A DNA stretch of 64,000 nt from contig CM120644.1 in NCBI GenBank assembly GCA_051362555.1, positions 8,626,954-8,690,953 on the forward strand. Direction: 5' to 3'. Origin of the DNA: Lingula anatina (taxonomy: Eukaryota; Animalia; Brachiopoda). Position numbers and translations under genes: made by a program. Within the stretch, counting starts at the first letter, position 1. Every line of letters starts with the position of its first letter. Positions 25,620 to 39,201 of this stretch are shown piece after piece. Below the pieces are notes generated by a model. It did not search any database. It saw only the letters and a list, made by a program, of their open reading frames with translations, and was not told where the DNA came from.

Positions 25620-27307
25620 TCGGCTAACTTTGAATGTATGACAAGGTTCATTCATCGATGAGTATGGAAAAATCGTCTACCCCAGGGAAATCTGTTTTTG
25701 GCCAAACCGATGTAAATAAATGTTTTGACAGTGAAATATGTTATCTTTGTAATCATCCGACATAATGGATGTAAACAATGTTGAACAAGTGTATTGTCCA
25801 TTCTGTGTTGGTAAAATAACGTATTGGTTAACAAATTACGAGGCCATCCAAATCCACATTACAAATGATTTGCGTTTTTCTACATGTGCACTATTTTGCA
25901 GAAATTAATTAATTCCCTTTCTGACTAAACATTTTCAAACCTCTTTTCTTCTAGAATATCTCATAGACCCGCGCCTCACTCCCAACTTTGCAGTGGCTGT
26001 CAAGGCGAGTGTATGGTTGTATAGCCTGGTCGTAACGGTCTTACCGTTACTGGGTTGGTCGTCCTACACGCCTGAAGCGTACGGGGTCTCTTGTGACCTG
26101 AACTGGAAGGGAGAGACCCGAGAAGACATAAGTTACATCATTGTCTTTCTTCTCCTTGGTTACGGCATACACGTCGTGATCATGGCTGTCTGTTATATCA
26201 AGGTGATTTTTAAAAAAATATATAATTTTTCATTTATATTTGTGGTCTCTCATGATGACACGCTTTGCCGAATCAATTCTAAGATAATTAATTCTAAGAC
26301 CATTTTATCGTGTTTTGATTGCCTTTGATAGCCCTTGACACGCGACACGTACAGAAATTTAAAGTATTTTGAATTCAAAACAAAGCAGCTGCTACAAGAA
26401 TCAGTTCCATATGAGCATTCGTCGAATCTGATACTGTAATTATGTTTATTAATCTGTGGCACCATTCAATGTCTGACAACTCTCCACCCTGCTTTATGTG
26501 ACAAATAATCAAAACCCCTTTCTTGCCAGATCCTATACAGGCAGCGAAAGTCTCATTCAACTTTGCAAAGATGCTACGTGGCGACAAGATTTACCCAATT
26601 AAGGCTTGAGAAACGTTTGAAAGCGGATCGGAAAAATTCAATAGTAAGTTCATATCATAGCCATTGCATTGAGAACTATCTCTCAAACTGTTGTTTTTAA
26701 TTTTAAAAGGGGCGGAAGTCATTCTGTAGACGGATGTTCGTCTGCTGTTTCAATTTTAAGTAGTGTCTAAGATATTTCCTTTAGACATAATTGTTTTTAA
26801 ACAAAATGAAAGAAAAATACAGACATTCGGCGACTTTTCCCGGCAACGAATGCTTTGCAAATAAAATCTTATCGGATATGATCTTTGATATGGTTTGATC
26901 GTGCAAACTGACCTATTTTCATTAATCAACGGCAGGTCTGCGAGGGGATGGCCTGCGTTCTTGTGCTCGTCTGGATGCCGTACGTAGTGTCCTCCAGTAT
27001 CAACGCGTTCTGGAGCCTGCCCGCGATGCTGGTAGTAGGACCTACACTGTTCACTAAATGTATCTACATCCTGAGCCCAATTCTCTACGTGTGCTGCAAT
27101 TTCCGGGGTGATGTCGAAGCTGCGGTTGCAAGGCGTCCAGGAACGGCAACCCATGCTACTGTGGTGAGGTTCAGGAGGATCCGTGAGGTTGTGTCAGGCG
27201 ATGAATCTACCCAACGGCAAGAACAAAACATGACTCCAGCGTTTTGCACAGAACGGTGTGCGGGTCCTTCTTCAGAGAGGTGCACCATCGAAATTGACCC
27301 CGCGTAG
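23907..27307 (+). CDS. Divergent opsin (class A GPCR with retinal-binding Lys), most like the neuropsin/peropsin/Go-opsin group; first coding exon uncertain
   Basis: Exons 23907-24197, 25955-26202, 26530-26643, 26936-27307 (stop), intron phases 1/0/0 consistent. TM1 VNG; WALGDWRCQ (C110); ALIRY (DRY site); LPLLGWSSYTPEAYGVSCDLNW (E181, C187); TM6 VWMPY; TM7 PTLFTKCIYILSPILY (K296 equivalent). Confidence 0.88.
24770..25370 (+). repeat. Interspersed repeat, copy 2 of 630-1100, in an opsin intron
   Basis: Colinear similarity to 630-1100, plus GTCTGTACATTTGA.AGCTTTGCTGCC shared with about 1827-1853. Confidence 0.8.
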
Positions 27308-27835
27308 CCCAATTGATAGACGCGTCTACGCGCACCGCAGAATAACAGCTTAGAACGTGTTGTGAAAGAAAGGTTTATGTTTTAGTTTGGACAAAAAGCA
27401 AGGCTTTCTTCTAGGACCAAGAGGACTCTGAACTACGAAACAGTTGTATAAAAAATATATTGATATGTCCTCGAAATTTTTCCTGTACTTTGTTTTTTCT
27501 GTTATGGAGAAAATTTGCTAAAATTTTGAGTTTCACGCACTTATTATGTGCGTCTTCTGAAACGTTTAAACTCAAAGCAGGCGAAAACAGACCCAGCCAA
27601 TGTCTGAATTAACGATGCTAAAATGTTGGGTTAACACTTAAAAAATATTTATCATGGATGTCTTCATTACGTGTTTTGAGTCAACTCATCGTTATTGCCT
27701 TAACATTGCGTGTGAGGTATTATAATACAGTGTCACCCGAGCGATATAGTATACCATTCCACAGACCGCGCTCACTTATACATGTGCGGGGATTGTAAAC
27801 AAGATAAACAATACAACCGTCCTCGTGCCTGGCTA

Positions 27836-27940
27836 CCTAGCAAATACTGAACGCTATTATAACGTTGCCATTACGTTTATATCACCAAAACGTTATGGTA
27901 ACGTTATGGTAACGTTATTAAACGTTCTGTATTTGCTGGG
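27836..27940. mobile_element. Short palindromic MITE (CCCAGCAAA-type ends, AACGTT repeats); sister copy at 31215-31320
   Basis: Ends CCTAGCAAATAC / GTATTTGCTGGG, TA on both flanks, internal GGTAACGTTAT repeats. Confidence 0.75.
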
Positions 27941-29428
27941 TACTTGGGTAACTGATGCTTGGCATCGTGCAGTGCGTTGTAACGAAAAAAAAAATAGAAA
28001 TTGATAGACACAAATATGTATTGCTGTGACGTTTTTCACTCTATTTCAACCTTATGAAGTATCATGCACATTATACCGGTTATAACTTCCCGGAATGTGT
28101 TTTCATTTAAAAGGAACACAAGCAGATACACAATGTTTCTTAAGAAAATATGCAAGGGGGGGGGGGAGGTATTCTCCAAATGTATCGTTATCTCCGCACT
28201 ACTTGAAAGGTTAAGAAACGTGTATCTTTTCAGTTCCAACGACACGCTACATGTGTATTTAATGTCCAGCGTTAACTAATTATTCAAGTGCAAATTGATA
28301 TACTAACAATACACGGAATAAACACTCATTGCTGGTATCTCGAGGTCCAAGCTTGACAAATACATGTTTGTGTGAGAAGCTATATGTAACTTCGGTTTTC
28401 TAAGTGTCAGATAAAGGCGTTGAAGATTACGATTGAATTAATACTCGGATCACATGTACAAACCATTGGCTGCACTGCAAATACAGTTATTCCATTATAT
28501 CAATGTGGCCGAATCAGTTATCATTTTGTACCACTTTGGTGGGAAGTTGTTGTTATTGGATTTAATCAACACCATTTGAATCTTTGTAAAGACTCGTGGA
28601 ATGTAGAATACGGTGTGGGAATTACTTACATGACGTGTTTACACAGATATGAATGCTATTTTGCACAAAATATATTTTCTGACGTCGACATACAATAGTC
28701 TATACTTCAAAAACTGTTTGATAATATAAATGTAAATTATAACAACTGATGGACAAACGGCGATTTCTTTAAAAAAAACATTCTATAGTACAGTACAAGT
28801 ATATGTGAGAGTAGGTCAATGTATGGCAAGGAAAATATTATGAGGAATGTTTTATGAATTGCAACAACTACAATACAAGTGCTGTCACTACAAATGCGTG
28901 AAATATCAACGCGTGAACAGGCACTCACAGTTTATCGCTAAGTTAAAGATTACCTGTTTGTACATTTAGCAGTAGAATGTAACTTCAACTTAAAACAAAA
29001 ATGTCATACAGTACCTTTGGTGTATTTACTGTCTCATAGTCCTGTGATATGATCAGATCTGTCAGAACCTGATACCACGCATTATTAAATCTCGCGATTT
29101 ATTAACCGCATGTCTAAGAATGAGTCAAAGATGAATCCAACATGAATGTTTGTTGAACAGTTCCATGATCTATGTGTGTATGACAAACAAATACAGTTGC
29201 ATTTGTCTTTTGGAGTCTGACTGTCAGCAGACGAAATATTGGCTAGTAAATCTCAGTTGTTTTTTTTTCTACAGCTATTGGTAAATGAAACTTTGTGTTA
29301 AATATAATACTATGGAATAAACGAACAACAGCGTATTGTAAAAGAGCTGAACTCCACTTCTGTACTGACAGGTATGATGAAAGGTCGCAAAGGTAATATT
29401 GTCAGCTGTGGGTCTGGTCACAGTAATA

Positions 29429-32400
29429 CTATACATGTAGATCGGCGAGTTTTTCTGAAAAGATGAAACATAAAAATTATCAAAGTTTTGGTAACTTAAA
29501 CATCCGTTCAAATATACGTGAACTCTTAAAAAACTAGTTTCACAAGTATGACGCTGTAAATAAGCATTGGTGAATAACGTGTATTATTCAGTTTCGTGAA
29601 GACAATGAATGCAATATTTCTACCAACAAGTTCGTTTATTTTCACTTTTTTCTAACTTTTCATATTGGTGGTGGTGGTGGTATGGTGTTAGTTACGGTTG
29701 TGTTAGTCGTGATTTTGTTAGGTGTGACACGTGTGCTTCCTCAGGTCGTGGGTATGCGCCTGTCATTGTGTTAGATGTGCTTGCGCCTGATGTGATTGCA
29801 TCGTAAATTGCCACGCAATCACAACCGCCCACCCAGCAGCAGGCAAACGGCATTGATTCTACGTTGATTCAACGTTGATCCACCAAAATTTACGTTGATT
29901 CAACAGTGAATCAAGGTCGTTTGTCTGCTGGGTGCACGTGCACCAACCTGCTGCCTGTCTGTGATTCAAGTTCTCCAAATGTTTCTGTAAACCCTCCAAT
30001 GTCGCTCCACCGGATTCTCTCCACATCATCAACGCCTTGAAGCATTTCTCGTCGTCGTTCAGCGGAGAGTTGGCGATTTTCTCCACTTCGCCGAACGGGA
30101 CGCTGAGCTCTAGGGCCACGTCCCGCCACCCGGCCACCACCGCAGTATTACGTATCAAAACGTTGAACGCTTTCACCAGGTTTAGATCTAGGGGTGAGAG
30201 AGAGTGCTGGCGGTTACTCAGATTACAGTTTGGACTCAAATGTAATAGTCAGAATAAGGTAATTGACGTCAACTGTTACACTCAAAGAGATGGCATTTTG
30301 CATCTATCCATAAAAGGTTTTATGGCTGTTAAACGGTTGTATTATCTTGTTCTTATACTGTAAACTTCGCTTTTATCCTTTCTGCAGTGTAATTTCACAC
30401 ATTTTATGTACTTTGGTCTTAACACAAGAAAACAAACCAAGTTATACATACCTTGTACTTTACGCAGCATGTGGGCTTTGAACTCTTGGACCTTCTTCCG
30501 GACCAGAGCCTCGAGATCAGGTCGGCCGATCTTGGTGCACATCTTTTGCAAGGCAGCTGCCTGTACGGGTGAAGCATGAAATAGTCGGAAAATAATTGGA
30601 ATGTAGCCTTAATTCCATTTGCGTGAATGGGGAAGAAATAGGTGGGTTAAAATTATATTACGGTTTTCTTGAAAATGACGCTGTGCACAGCTTTACGGCG
30701 TGGATAACATTAGGATCAAAGACAACTGGAATTTTTGGTGTCAAAGCGAGACAATTTTACACTGAGTAACGTTCCTATGGAAACTGCTCTATATTAATGA
30801 AATAAGAACAAGAACACCGCGATACAAACCTTATCAACTGAAATCGCTACGCTCTGGGACCATCTCCGCAATACCACCACTGCCCGCGAGGTGTCGTCAG
30901 GGTCGGCTTTCGCTATCTGGGCAACTCTGTGCGAAGATAAACCCAGCTCTTTGCCCAACTTCTCCCAGTCACTACCGAGCATCGGGGCCAGCTCCAAGAG
31001 GAATTCGTCTGTGATTGCATCTAGAACACGAATATATATGAAATACCTCTGTTCAGAGAATCGTGTTAATTGGATTTATTCCAAATAAATAAATAAATAA
31101 ATAGAACAGCTTTGTAATATTTGCTTCAGTAATGCCCCAGAACTCATTTCGATTTGAAATGCCTATTCTTTTCACAAAATACATCCCATACTCCATGTCC
31201 ATTTAAACACCATTCCCAGCAAATACGTTATTATATAGCGTTACCAGAACGGTTTGTATAAAAAAAAAGCTTTATGGTAACGTTATGGTAACGTTATAAT
31301 AACGTTCTGTGTTTGCTGGGACTATAAGTGTATTTAATTTAAATTTATTTAGTCTTCCAGGTTTACCTTTATTGTTACAATATTTATATTTAAAGGAGGC
31401 GACCAACCAAAATATGATTTTCCATTATCAAAGCAGATATTATCTACGAGGAAAATTTTTGAGTGTGTAAGCCTTCTCTAAACCGCCGTAAAAGAGCATT
31501 TTCTACCGTGAAGGCAAGGATCGAGCTACTAATTTTCTTCTCTTCTGTCATAAGCAGTGAAGATTGTAAAACATGAACAGTTCTAAACATCCATACTACG
31601 TGGAGTGGTGAATTACACATGATCAGCGACAAAACTCCGAGCTAACTGTAGGGTACAGGTACTGTATGTACATGCTGGCCTATGTAGATACCGAGTATGT
31701 ATGTTTTCTTTATTCTGAATTGTGTGCAGAGGCGCATGCTTTAAAGAACAGCACTATTTTTCTTCCTCACAATATAGCCAAATTAAGCAGTCAAAATGAA
31801 ATTGGAGAGGTAAACATATATTGGTACATACACAGCTAATAATAAGCCGTGACTGATCTGAAATCTAAGGTATTAAATCTCTCCATATACATAAGCCAGC
31901 CAATTGACAAATGCAAAAGTGTGCTTACATGCAAAGAAGTAAGTGGAAAATAACGTCGCACCTCAAGCACGCTGCATGCATGTATGAAAGTTCTTGCAAA
32001 TATAAGCAAAAAAAAGCTTGATAAAAAATGCCGGCCCGACTGATTTACAATATCGCGATGCGGTGGCCATGGTACAAGGGGTAGAGGGGATAGAAGGGGG
32101 GTTACAATACCTCATCCATTTATCCATTACCTTTATTCTCTTTGACACTCAAGTGCTACATGTGTCTATCTCCCTTTTCGGAAAGAGTGGGACGGGACGG
32201 AGGGGTGGGGGAGGAATTAACGAGAAATTAATTTGTGTAATTTTAATGAAGATAGATATCTTGATGATACTTTATTATGCAGACTTACGAAACACGCCTG
32301 CAAATAACTGCTGCAATACAAATGCCATGCTGTATTTTAAGGATATCAGCATACATTAATGAACAAGCACACATGAACACAGTAAGGCATGCGGCCAGAA

Positions 32401-34345
32401 CACATCGACTTGTAAACGTGCAATATTCGTGAAATTTCACTCACCGTTGCGCACTTTGATAAAGTGAATGATTAAATACAATTGATTAAATCATAAAAAA
32501 TTATGTAGCCTAACATGTGTTCCTTTTGTAAATGAAGTTACATGTAACTTTCATATATGCCGAACGCAATGTTTTCGACTAATCAGTATAATTCTTTCAT
32601 TCCGATATTGTTGGTTGGTTAACTTTTTATTAGGGATTTTAATCCGGTTTGACAACACACAGTCCTCTAAACTACGAGGAAGATTCTACAAACACAAACA
32701 AACTTATTTTAAATCGCTACTGACTGCAAGATCGCAATCACTATGCAATTAAAAGCAAATAAAATTATTTGCTCTACAAACGCTATAATGGTACTATATA
32801 ATAGAGGAATAAAAATAATGAAGGATTCGTAGCAATACTCAAAACGTAGGCAACTTACTTTCCCGTTTGTTTGACAGACCCCTCTTTGCCTACAAAAGGA
32901 GAGAGACGATTTATTTCAAATGTGAAAGCAACGTATGCACACGTTGAATATCATATTCATAGACGTTAAAGTGAAGTCACGACTCATCAATGCTGCGCTG
33001 ATATAACTTCAGTAAGCCACCAAGAGTATTCTATCTGTAGGTGATAATTTGGTGTTGTTTTTAACAGGATATACTCTATGTTGACAGCATTTAAGGATAC
33101 ACGTGACCAGTATTGATTTGCAATACGATATAATTTAGTTCTGAAAAACTTAATCACACTCAAGTACTTACCCAAATGTTTTTAGTCTTCCTTAATCTGA
33201 ACCACAATTTCTCCCTAAAATACAAACACAGCACAAGTTATGTTAGATGTTTTGTTCTTTAATAAAAGACCGTGCATAGCTGTCTATGATCCATCCACTG
33301 ATACATTTACTTGTATCGAATCTAATGGAGAGCAGAATCTTTGCCATATGGGCAGTCAATTTGTCCACACCGGCATTTCCGCTGTGAAAACGATTCAGCA
33401 CTAGTACTTGGCGCAGAGCTAATTCTTTAATTTTTTAGTTATAAGAGTCCACTGTATTTTCTACTCACTCTGGCGTTGGTAACCGTAGCAAGCAGCGTAT
33501 GGACGGCATATCTGGCGTCACTGCATGACTGATGGCGGAGTCGTACCAATGGCCGTCACCATACTTTGTTGTCACCCGGATCTCTTCGTCCTCTACAATT
33601 TAAAAAAAAAAAACTCGACGATATATGAAATCTTGATCAGCCTTGTAAACTTGCAAAATATGTAACAAACCAAAAAATAACGTGTGACATAGAATTTTTT
33701 GCCAGTTTAAAGACATATGAGAGCAACGTATACGTATACAGCAACACCGATATCACGATGAACAGACATTTAAAGTTAGAAACAAAACTGACTTGCAGAG
33801 TAGACAGTTTAGACAAAAAATATTGTATACACTAGTATTCTGGCATACGGAATATAATAATGACAATTTGAAACTGTTCAAATTAAATTGCTGACAAAGT
33901 CAAATGAAATGAAATTTAGATCACATTAGTGACAAGGGATAACCAACTTAAATATAAAAATGCAGCTATAACACCATGTGCTTTAATAAAGGACGTCGTT
34001 ATATATGTATATATATGGATACGTTTATAACTGTGGTACAACCAACTAGTAAGAAGGGAAGCAGTATCAATAAGCTAAATCGCACGCACGTACAAACACA
34101 CACAAACACGCACGCACAAAAACGTTCACACGCCCGCAAACAAACACATACCTTCTATCGTAATGGCAAAGGGAATTTGCACACTGATCATGTTTTGTCC
34201 GGGTAAAGAAGTGGTTAAGTTGAAGGTGTCACTGGCAATATACGTCTTCCTCTTCTGGTGGTCTGTTATATTGATTACCTGGAAATAAAACGCACACATA
34301 AATCAGTATACATGTACCAGTTACCTCGGTACGATTGTGTATTTG

Positions 34346-34406
<61 letters not shown>

Positions 34407-34538
34407 GTAAAAACGTTTTTCCTGTACGAGTAATATTATATATAATAAAAAGAAAAAATGAACAGCAACTTTTTTGCCCCGACCGGTTTCTTTCTTTCTT
34501 CGGTCGGGGCAAAAAAGTTGCTGTTCATTTTTTCTTTT

Positions 34539-34611
<73 letters not shown>

Positions 34612-37600
34612 AGTAAGAGAAAATATAGAAATCAAAACTCAAAGAGCTACCAGTACTCCTAATAAGAATTTTTAATTACAACTTAAATGTATGAAACATG
34701 CATTTTGAAGCACCGCGGTAGATTTTACTTTTTGGAGTATGGTCAAAACAGATCCGGTTTTATTTCAAACACACAGGTAGCATGTACACTTAAACAAATT
34801 TATCCAATAACTTATTACAAACCTATGCCTAATGGAGAAAAATCGTCTACTTATGTAATTTCTAAACATGCAGCGAATGTCAAGTTCATGTGATGTATCA
34901 TACAGCAATTTGTAAGTTGTGTTCAACTCACCTGCAGTGACACTGTAGATGTCGCTTCAAACGTATCTACGTCGAATGTTATTGATAGATTTTTACAATC
35001 TGACGTGGTTACAACGCCCCCTGCTGGCGAGATTTTATGTGACGTTCGTTTATGTAGCGCCACCGCGGCGGCCTTCCGTGGTAATCGGGTGACTCGACCC
35101 TGAACAACTACGTAGTTCTGAAATTGTAAATTAATATGAATGTCTTATGTCTCATAAGATATAACAATCTTTAACCAAATATGACAAATCTTGATCTCAG
35201 TAAGTTACGGCATCAATCAATGGAAGTTTGAAGTACATCAAAAGCGTACAGATCTTTTTCATTCATTTATTTTTTCTAACATTCAGAAAACTTGTGATTC
35301 ACGTTTATTGCAAATTGAATCATACAAATGTGTCGTATGACAAAGATTCTAAAAAGCATCATTTTTCATATCCTTTTTGTTTATGAAAACGGGAGTCACC
35401 AATTTCAAAAATACCTGTACAATGTTTATGCAATTAACTAATCCAATAACGGGTACCGGAGAAGATCATCATTGGTCAGAATTGTGCCGGAAGTGACGTG
35501 CAGTGGTGTTAGAAGCGAAGCTGAGTGGTCATTTTAACATAGAGGTGAACGGCAGTGAAGACGGGTTGTCGGAGGAAAAAGAAGTTTTCTAAACAACATG
35601 GTAAGATCAGGGCCGTAGCCTCCGGGGGGGCAGGAGGGGCAGCTGCCCCCCCTGGGATTTGAGGCGCAAATATGGCAAAATGGCAAAATGAACCCACAAT
35701 TTTTGACTTCTGATTGAGCAATAAATAACAGTTAAAATGCACCAGAATGCAGTATTATACATACAGTTTTTTAAAAATTTTCCACACCCACCCCACCCCC
35801 TCGGGGGCTTTGCCCCCTCGTGTCCGCTTACTGCCCCCCCCCCCTGGCATTTTGCTCAGGCTACGGCCCTGAAGATAACTCTCCTTTTTTACGCATTTTG
35901 GGCAGAGAATACTTGTAGAAATAATAGACGCATGATATGAAAACGTGACACGGAACTTGAAGGTGCAAAATCGCCTTTGTCTTGGCATTCGTCACTGATT
36001 TATGCCTACCCCAGTGTAAAAGGTGTATCAGTGTGATCATGTGTGTGGAATTTCATGCCAGATGGACATATAAAGATCTAAAAATTCGTCAATATATTGA
36101 AAAAAAAGATACAGCTGTGCACAGCAGTCGGAGATCGGTACATTGCACTTGTTAGTTACAAACTACTTCCTGGTTTTCACAAGGTCCTTCAAGACCTCTA
36201 AAACATCGTTGTAATTGCAGCCCATACCATAAAACACCCAAAAATACTTAGATATGGACATATCGGATTATATTAATGCCAAATTTCCACATGACAACGA
36301 TTTATAGACTCCCGGGAATTATTTCCCCTTTACGCTTTTTGTCGCGCTGGCGGTCGACGCAGCATTTATTTCTAAACAAGTTGACCGCAAATTAAGCACG
36401 ATTTTGCACCTTCAAGTTCCGTGTCACGTTTTCATATCATGCGTCTATTATTTCTACAAGTATTCTCTGCCCAAAATGCGTAAAAAAGGAGAGTTATCTT
36501 ACCATGTTGTTTAGAAAACTTCTTTTTCTTCTGACAACCCGTTTTCACTGCCGTTCACCTCTATGTTAAAATGACCACTCAGCTTCGCTTCTAACACCAC
36601 TGCACGTCACTTCCGGCACAATTCTGACCAATGCTGATCTTCTCCGGTTCCCTTTATTACATCCTCGGTTTTAAACATTTTGACTAAATCTGTCTAACTG
36701 ATTTGCTCAGATTGTTCTTTCTGTTACAATATAAAGTTTCTTCACACCATGCAATAAGATTGTTTATATAACTACTAGCAACCCTTTTACGAATATACCT
36801 GTCCTTCTAGCCGGTAGTTTTTAACAGTGTGGGGTACCGTTTCCCACTGGTTACCATTGACGTCATAAGACACGCGCAGAGATATCTCGGGAGCTGACGA
36901 GAATAAACGATCTCCAACTGGTATGCCGATTATGATGTCACTCTGTGAAAGGACCAAGTAAACTCTTTATCAGTAATGATAGCAAAGCAAATTGCATTCA
37001 TACTTGTATTTTAGACAGCCTGTGAAATGACGAGGACATCAAATAATATAGAAATAATGAAGCATGCAAAAATTGTCATATGTGTTATCTGTTACTTGCA
37101 ACACTCACAAGAATAAACTAAACTCATGACAGCTATATCTAATTAAATAGGCCACAAGAAAACAATTCGCGTCCATTGCAACTAAATTAGACGAAATACA
37201 TGTGAAATAAAAACACAGTGTAAATATTTTCTAGCTTTTTCATTCCATATTCATTGTTCGAGCCCAAGCTATACTAAAACAAATATTTAAAAATCAAGCC
37301 GTCATCGCTATTAGGGACAGCACTGTACGTAAAATTTTTGGAAAACCCAACTGCATGTTATATAATAATGAGCAAGCACGCATATTGCACACATTTAAAG
37401 GCACCAGATGACCGAACTGTTGCCTAATAATAAATGTGTCTTTAAATGCACCTACCTCCAATTCAAATTGCCCGCGTGGTTCGAAGGCAATGAGTGCCCC
37501 CATAACGTATCTGACGTCCTCACAGCCCACCTTGTTCAATATACTATTGGGGGTGTCTACGTCACACAAGATATCCTCGCCGTCCAAAGTGCCTGGTACT

Positions 37601-39201
37601 GCCTTCACAATGGAGAGCAACGTTTGGCTGGTGGATCGGAAACTGGAATGAGAAAAATGTTTCAAAAACATGAATGAAACAGCAGATTTTATTATTTATT
37701 CGTTTTCAGTTATCATTCTTTACAAGCTATTTCTTTCTTTCTTTTTTTTGTATTTTATTGTAGGTTTTTTCCTGGGAGCAGGGGTGGCAGCGGTAAAAGA
37801 CTACTAACTTTGTTGGCAAACAAAACAAACAAATTGAGGCGAAAATCCATCTGTATCCTACCAAACCCCACAGGTTTAATTTAATTTTCGTGGTATTTTA
37901 ATGCAACAAACTGGAATTCAAGCATGCAGACCGGAAGTCTTACCATATCATTTCCCAGCTATCTGGATCGCCTTCCATCTGGGACATGTTGTGCCACTTG
38001 GCAACGACACGACGGACCACCTCTTTTTCTCTGTCCTCCTTCATAATACTCTTGTCACGACAAACTCTCCGTATTTCATTCCTGACCATTCTCAGAAGGG
38101 ATTTCTGCATCGCCTGGAGCTCTTTGGTGATGTCAAAGACGCTTTTCTTCATTTTTAGTGCTGTCGTTTTAAAGGACTTATTTTCTGGTTTGACCTCTGA
38201 TCCTTCTGGTTTAGTCTCGCCTAGTTCTTCCTCCAGACTCTGGATGGCCCAGTTAACTGTTTTCTCCATCTGCAAGAAAATTAATGAGGTAGAATGAAGT
38301 AGAATGAGTATGAAGTAGAATTCGAAAGTAAACCTAAAGAGATATCGATAACCATTATATACTGCATGACCTTAACACACCACCTTATTTATACGCATGC
38401 TGTAAAAAGACATCCAAAATCCAAAATTGCACATGGTGTTGTATAGCAGCAAAAATTGGTAACGGCTTGCTTATACACTCAGATAAAATATAATAACCCA
38501 GAGATCTTGTTGGTTTGAATAAATAGAGTATTTTTAAAAGTGAGGTAGACATGAGCAATAAGACAAACGTATCAGCAGCATCAAAATACATGTCACTGAA
38601 TTCCTGCACTAGTCAACCCAATCCTAGCTTTACCTTATACCTTTACCCCGGTACCTGGCATACTTCTATTTTACTTACCTCAGGTATGGTTTAGAAGGGC
38701 CAGTGGCCATATTTCAGCAATGAATTCCTTTAGGTTTTATCAAGATAATGACACACTTATGAAAATCGTCGTTCTGCCAGACACTATACTTGAACCTACG
38801 TGTATCAAACTATACTGAGACCTTCATATAGGGCTTTAAAAGATGCCAAGCAGATGGCATAGCCAAAATAATGTTCTATCATTGATCAGCGCACGCGGAT
38901 ATTGGTTGTCTGACGGGCATTTGCTAACTCACCAAATAGGCTAAATCCAATCCCACGTTTACAGACTGTAGATACGTGTCTTCCTGCAGATAATACTTTG
39001 CTGTCAAATAAGACGTCCCCAGTTTACTATTCACCATATCCGGGTCTTCTTCGGCGATCGGACCGTTGCTAGGTGACAGACAAAGCCGCACAGAAGACGG
39101 CCTCAATGGGAGGTTTACCGCCGTGTTATCTGCCTTTGGATCTGGTGAGGTTTCGTCAACGCTCACTTCGGCACCAGTCAGGGGTTCCGTCGACCCTGCT
39201 A
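29429..39201 (-). CDS. DTHD1-like portion: helical linker, two ZU5-like domains, two death domains
   Basis: ZU5a: SIVKAVPGTLDGEDILC..MGALIAFEP..DIIIGIP..EISLRV..NQWETV. ZU5b: AAVALHKRTSHKISPAGGVVTTSD..ITFDVDTF..VSLQV..ISVQIPF..GHWYD. DD1: ITDEFLLELAPMLGSDWEKLGKELGLSSHRVAQI..VLRRW..KIGRPDL. DD2: GWRDVALELSVPFGEVEKI..EKCFKALMMWRE..ATLEGLQKHLENLNHRQAAEKL. Confidence 0.85.

Noticed and set aside
31386-31745. Possible TTAA-flanked Kolobok-like element starting TTAAAGGAGGCGACC
   Set aside because: No matching inverted terminus found.
34321-34675. (YI)n, (CV)n, poly-I, poly-N and poly-K ORFs here and near 5335, 5746, 17129, 25258, 25473 and 50178
   Set aside because: Translations of microsatellites and homopolymer runs.
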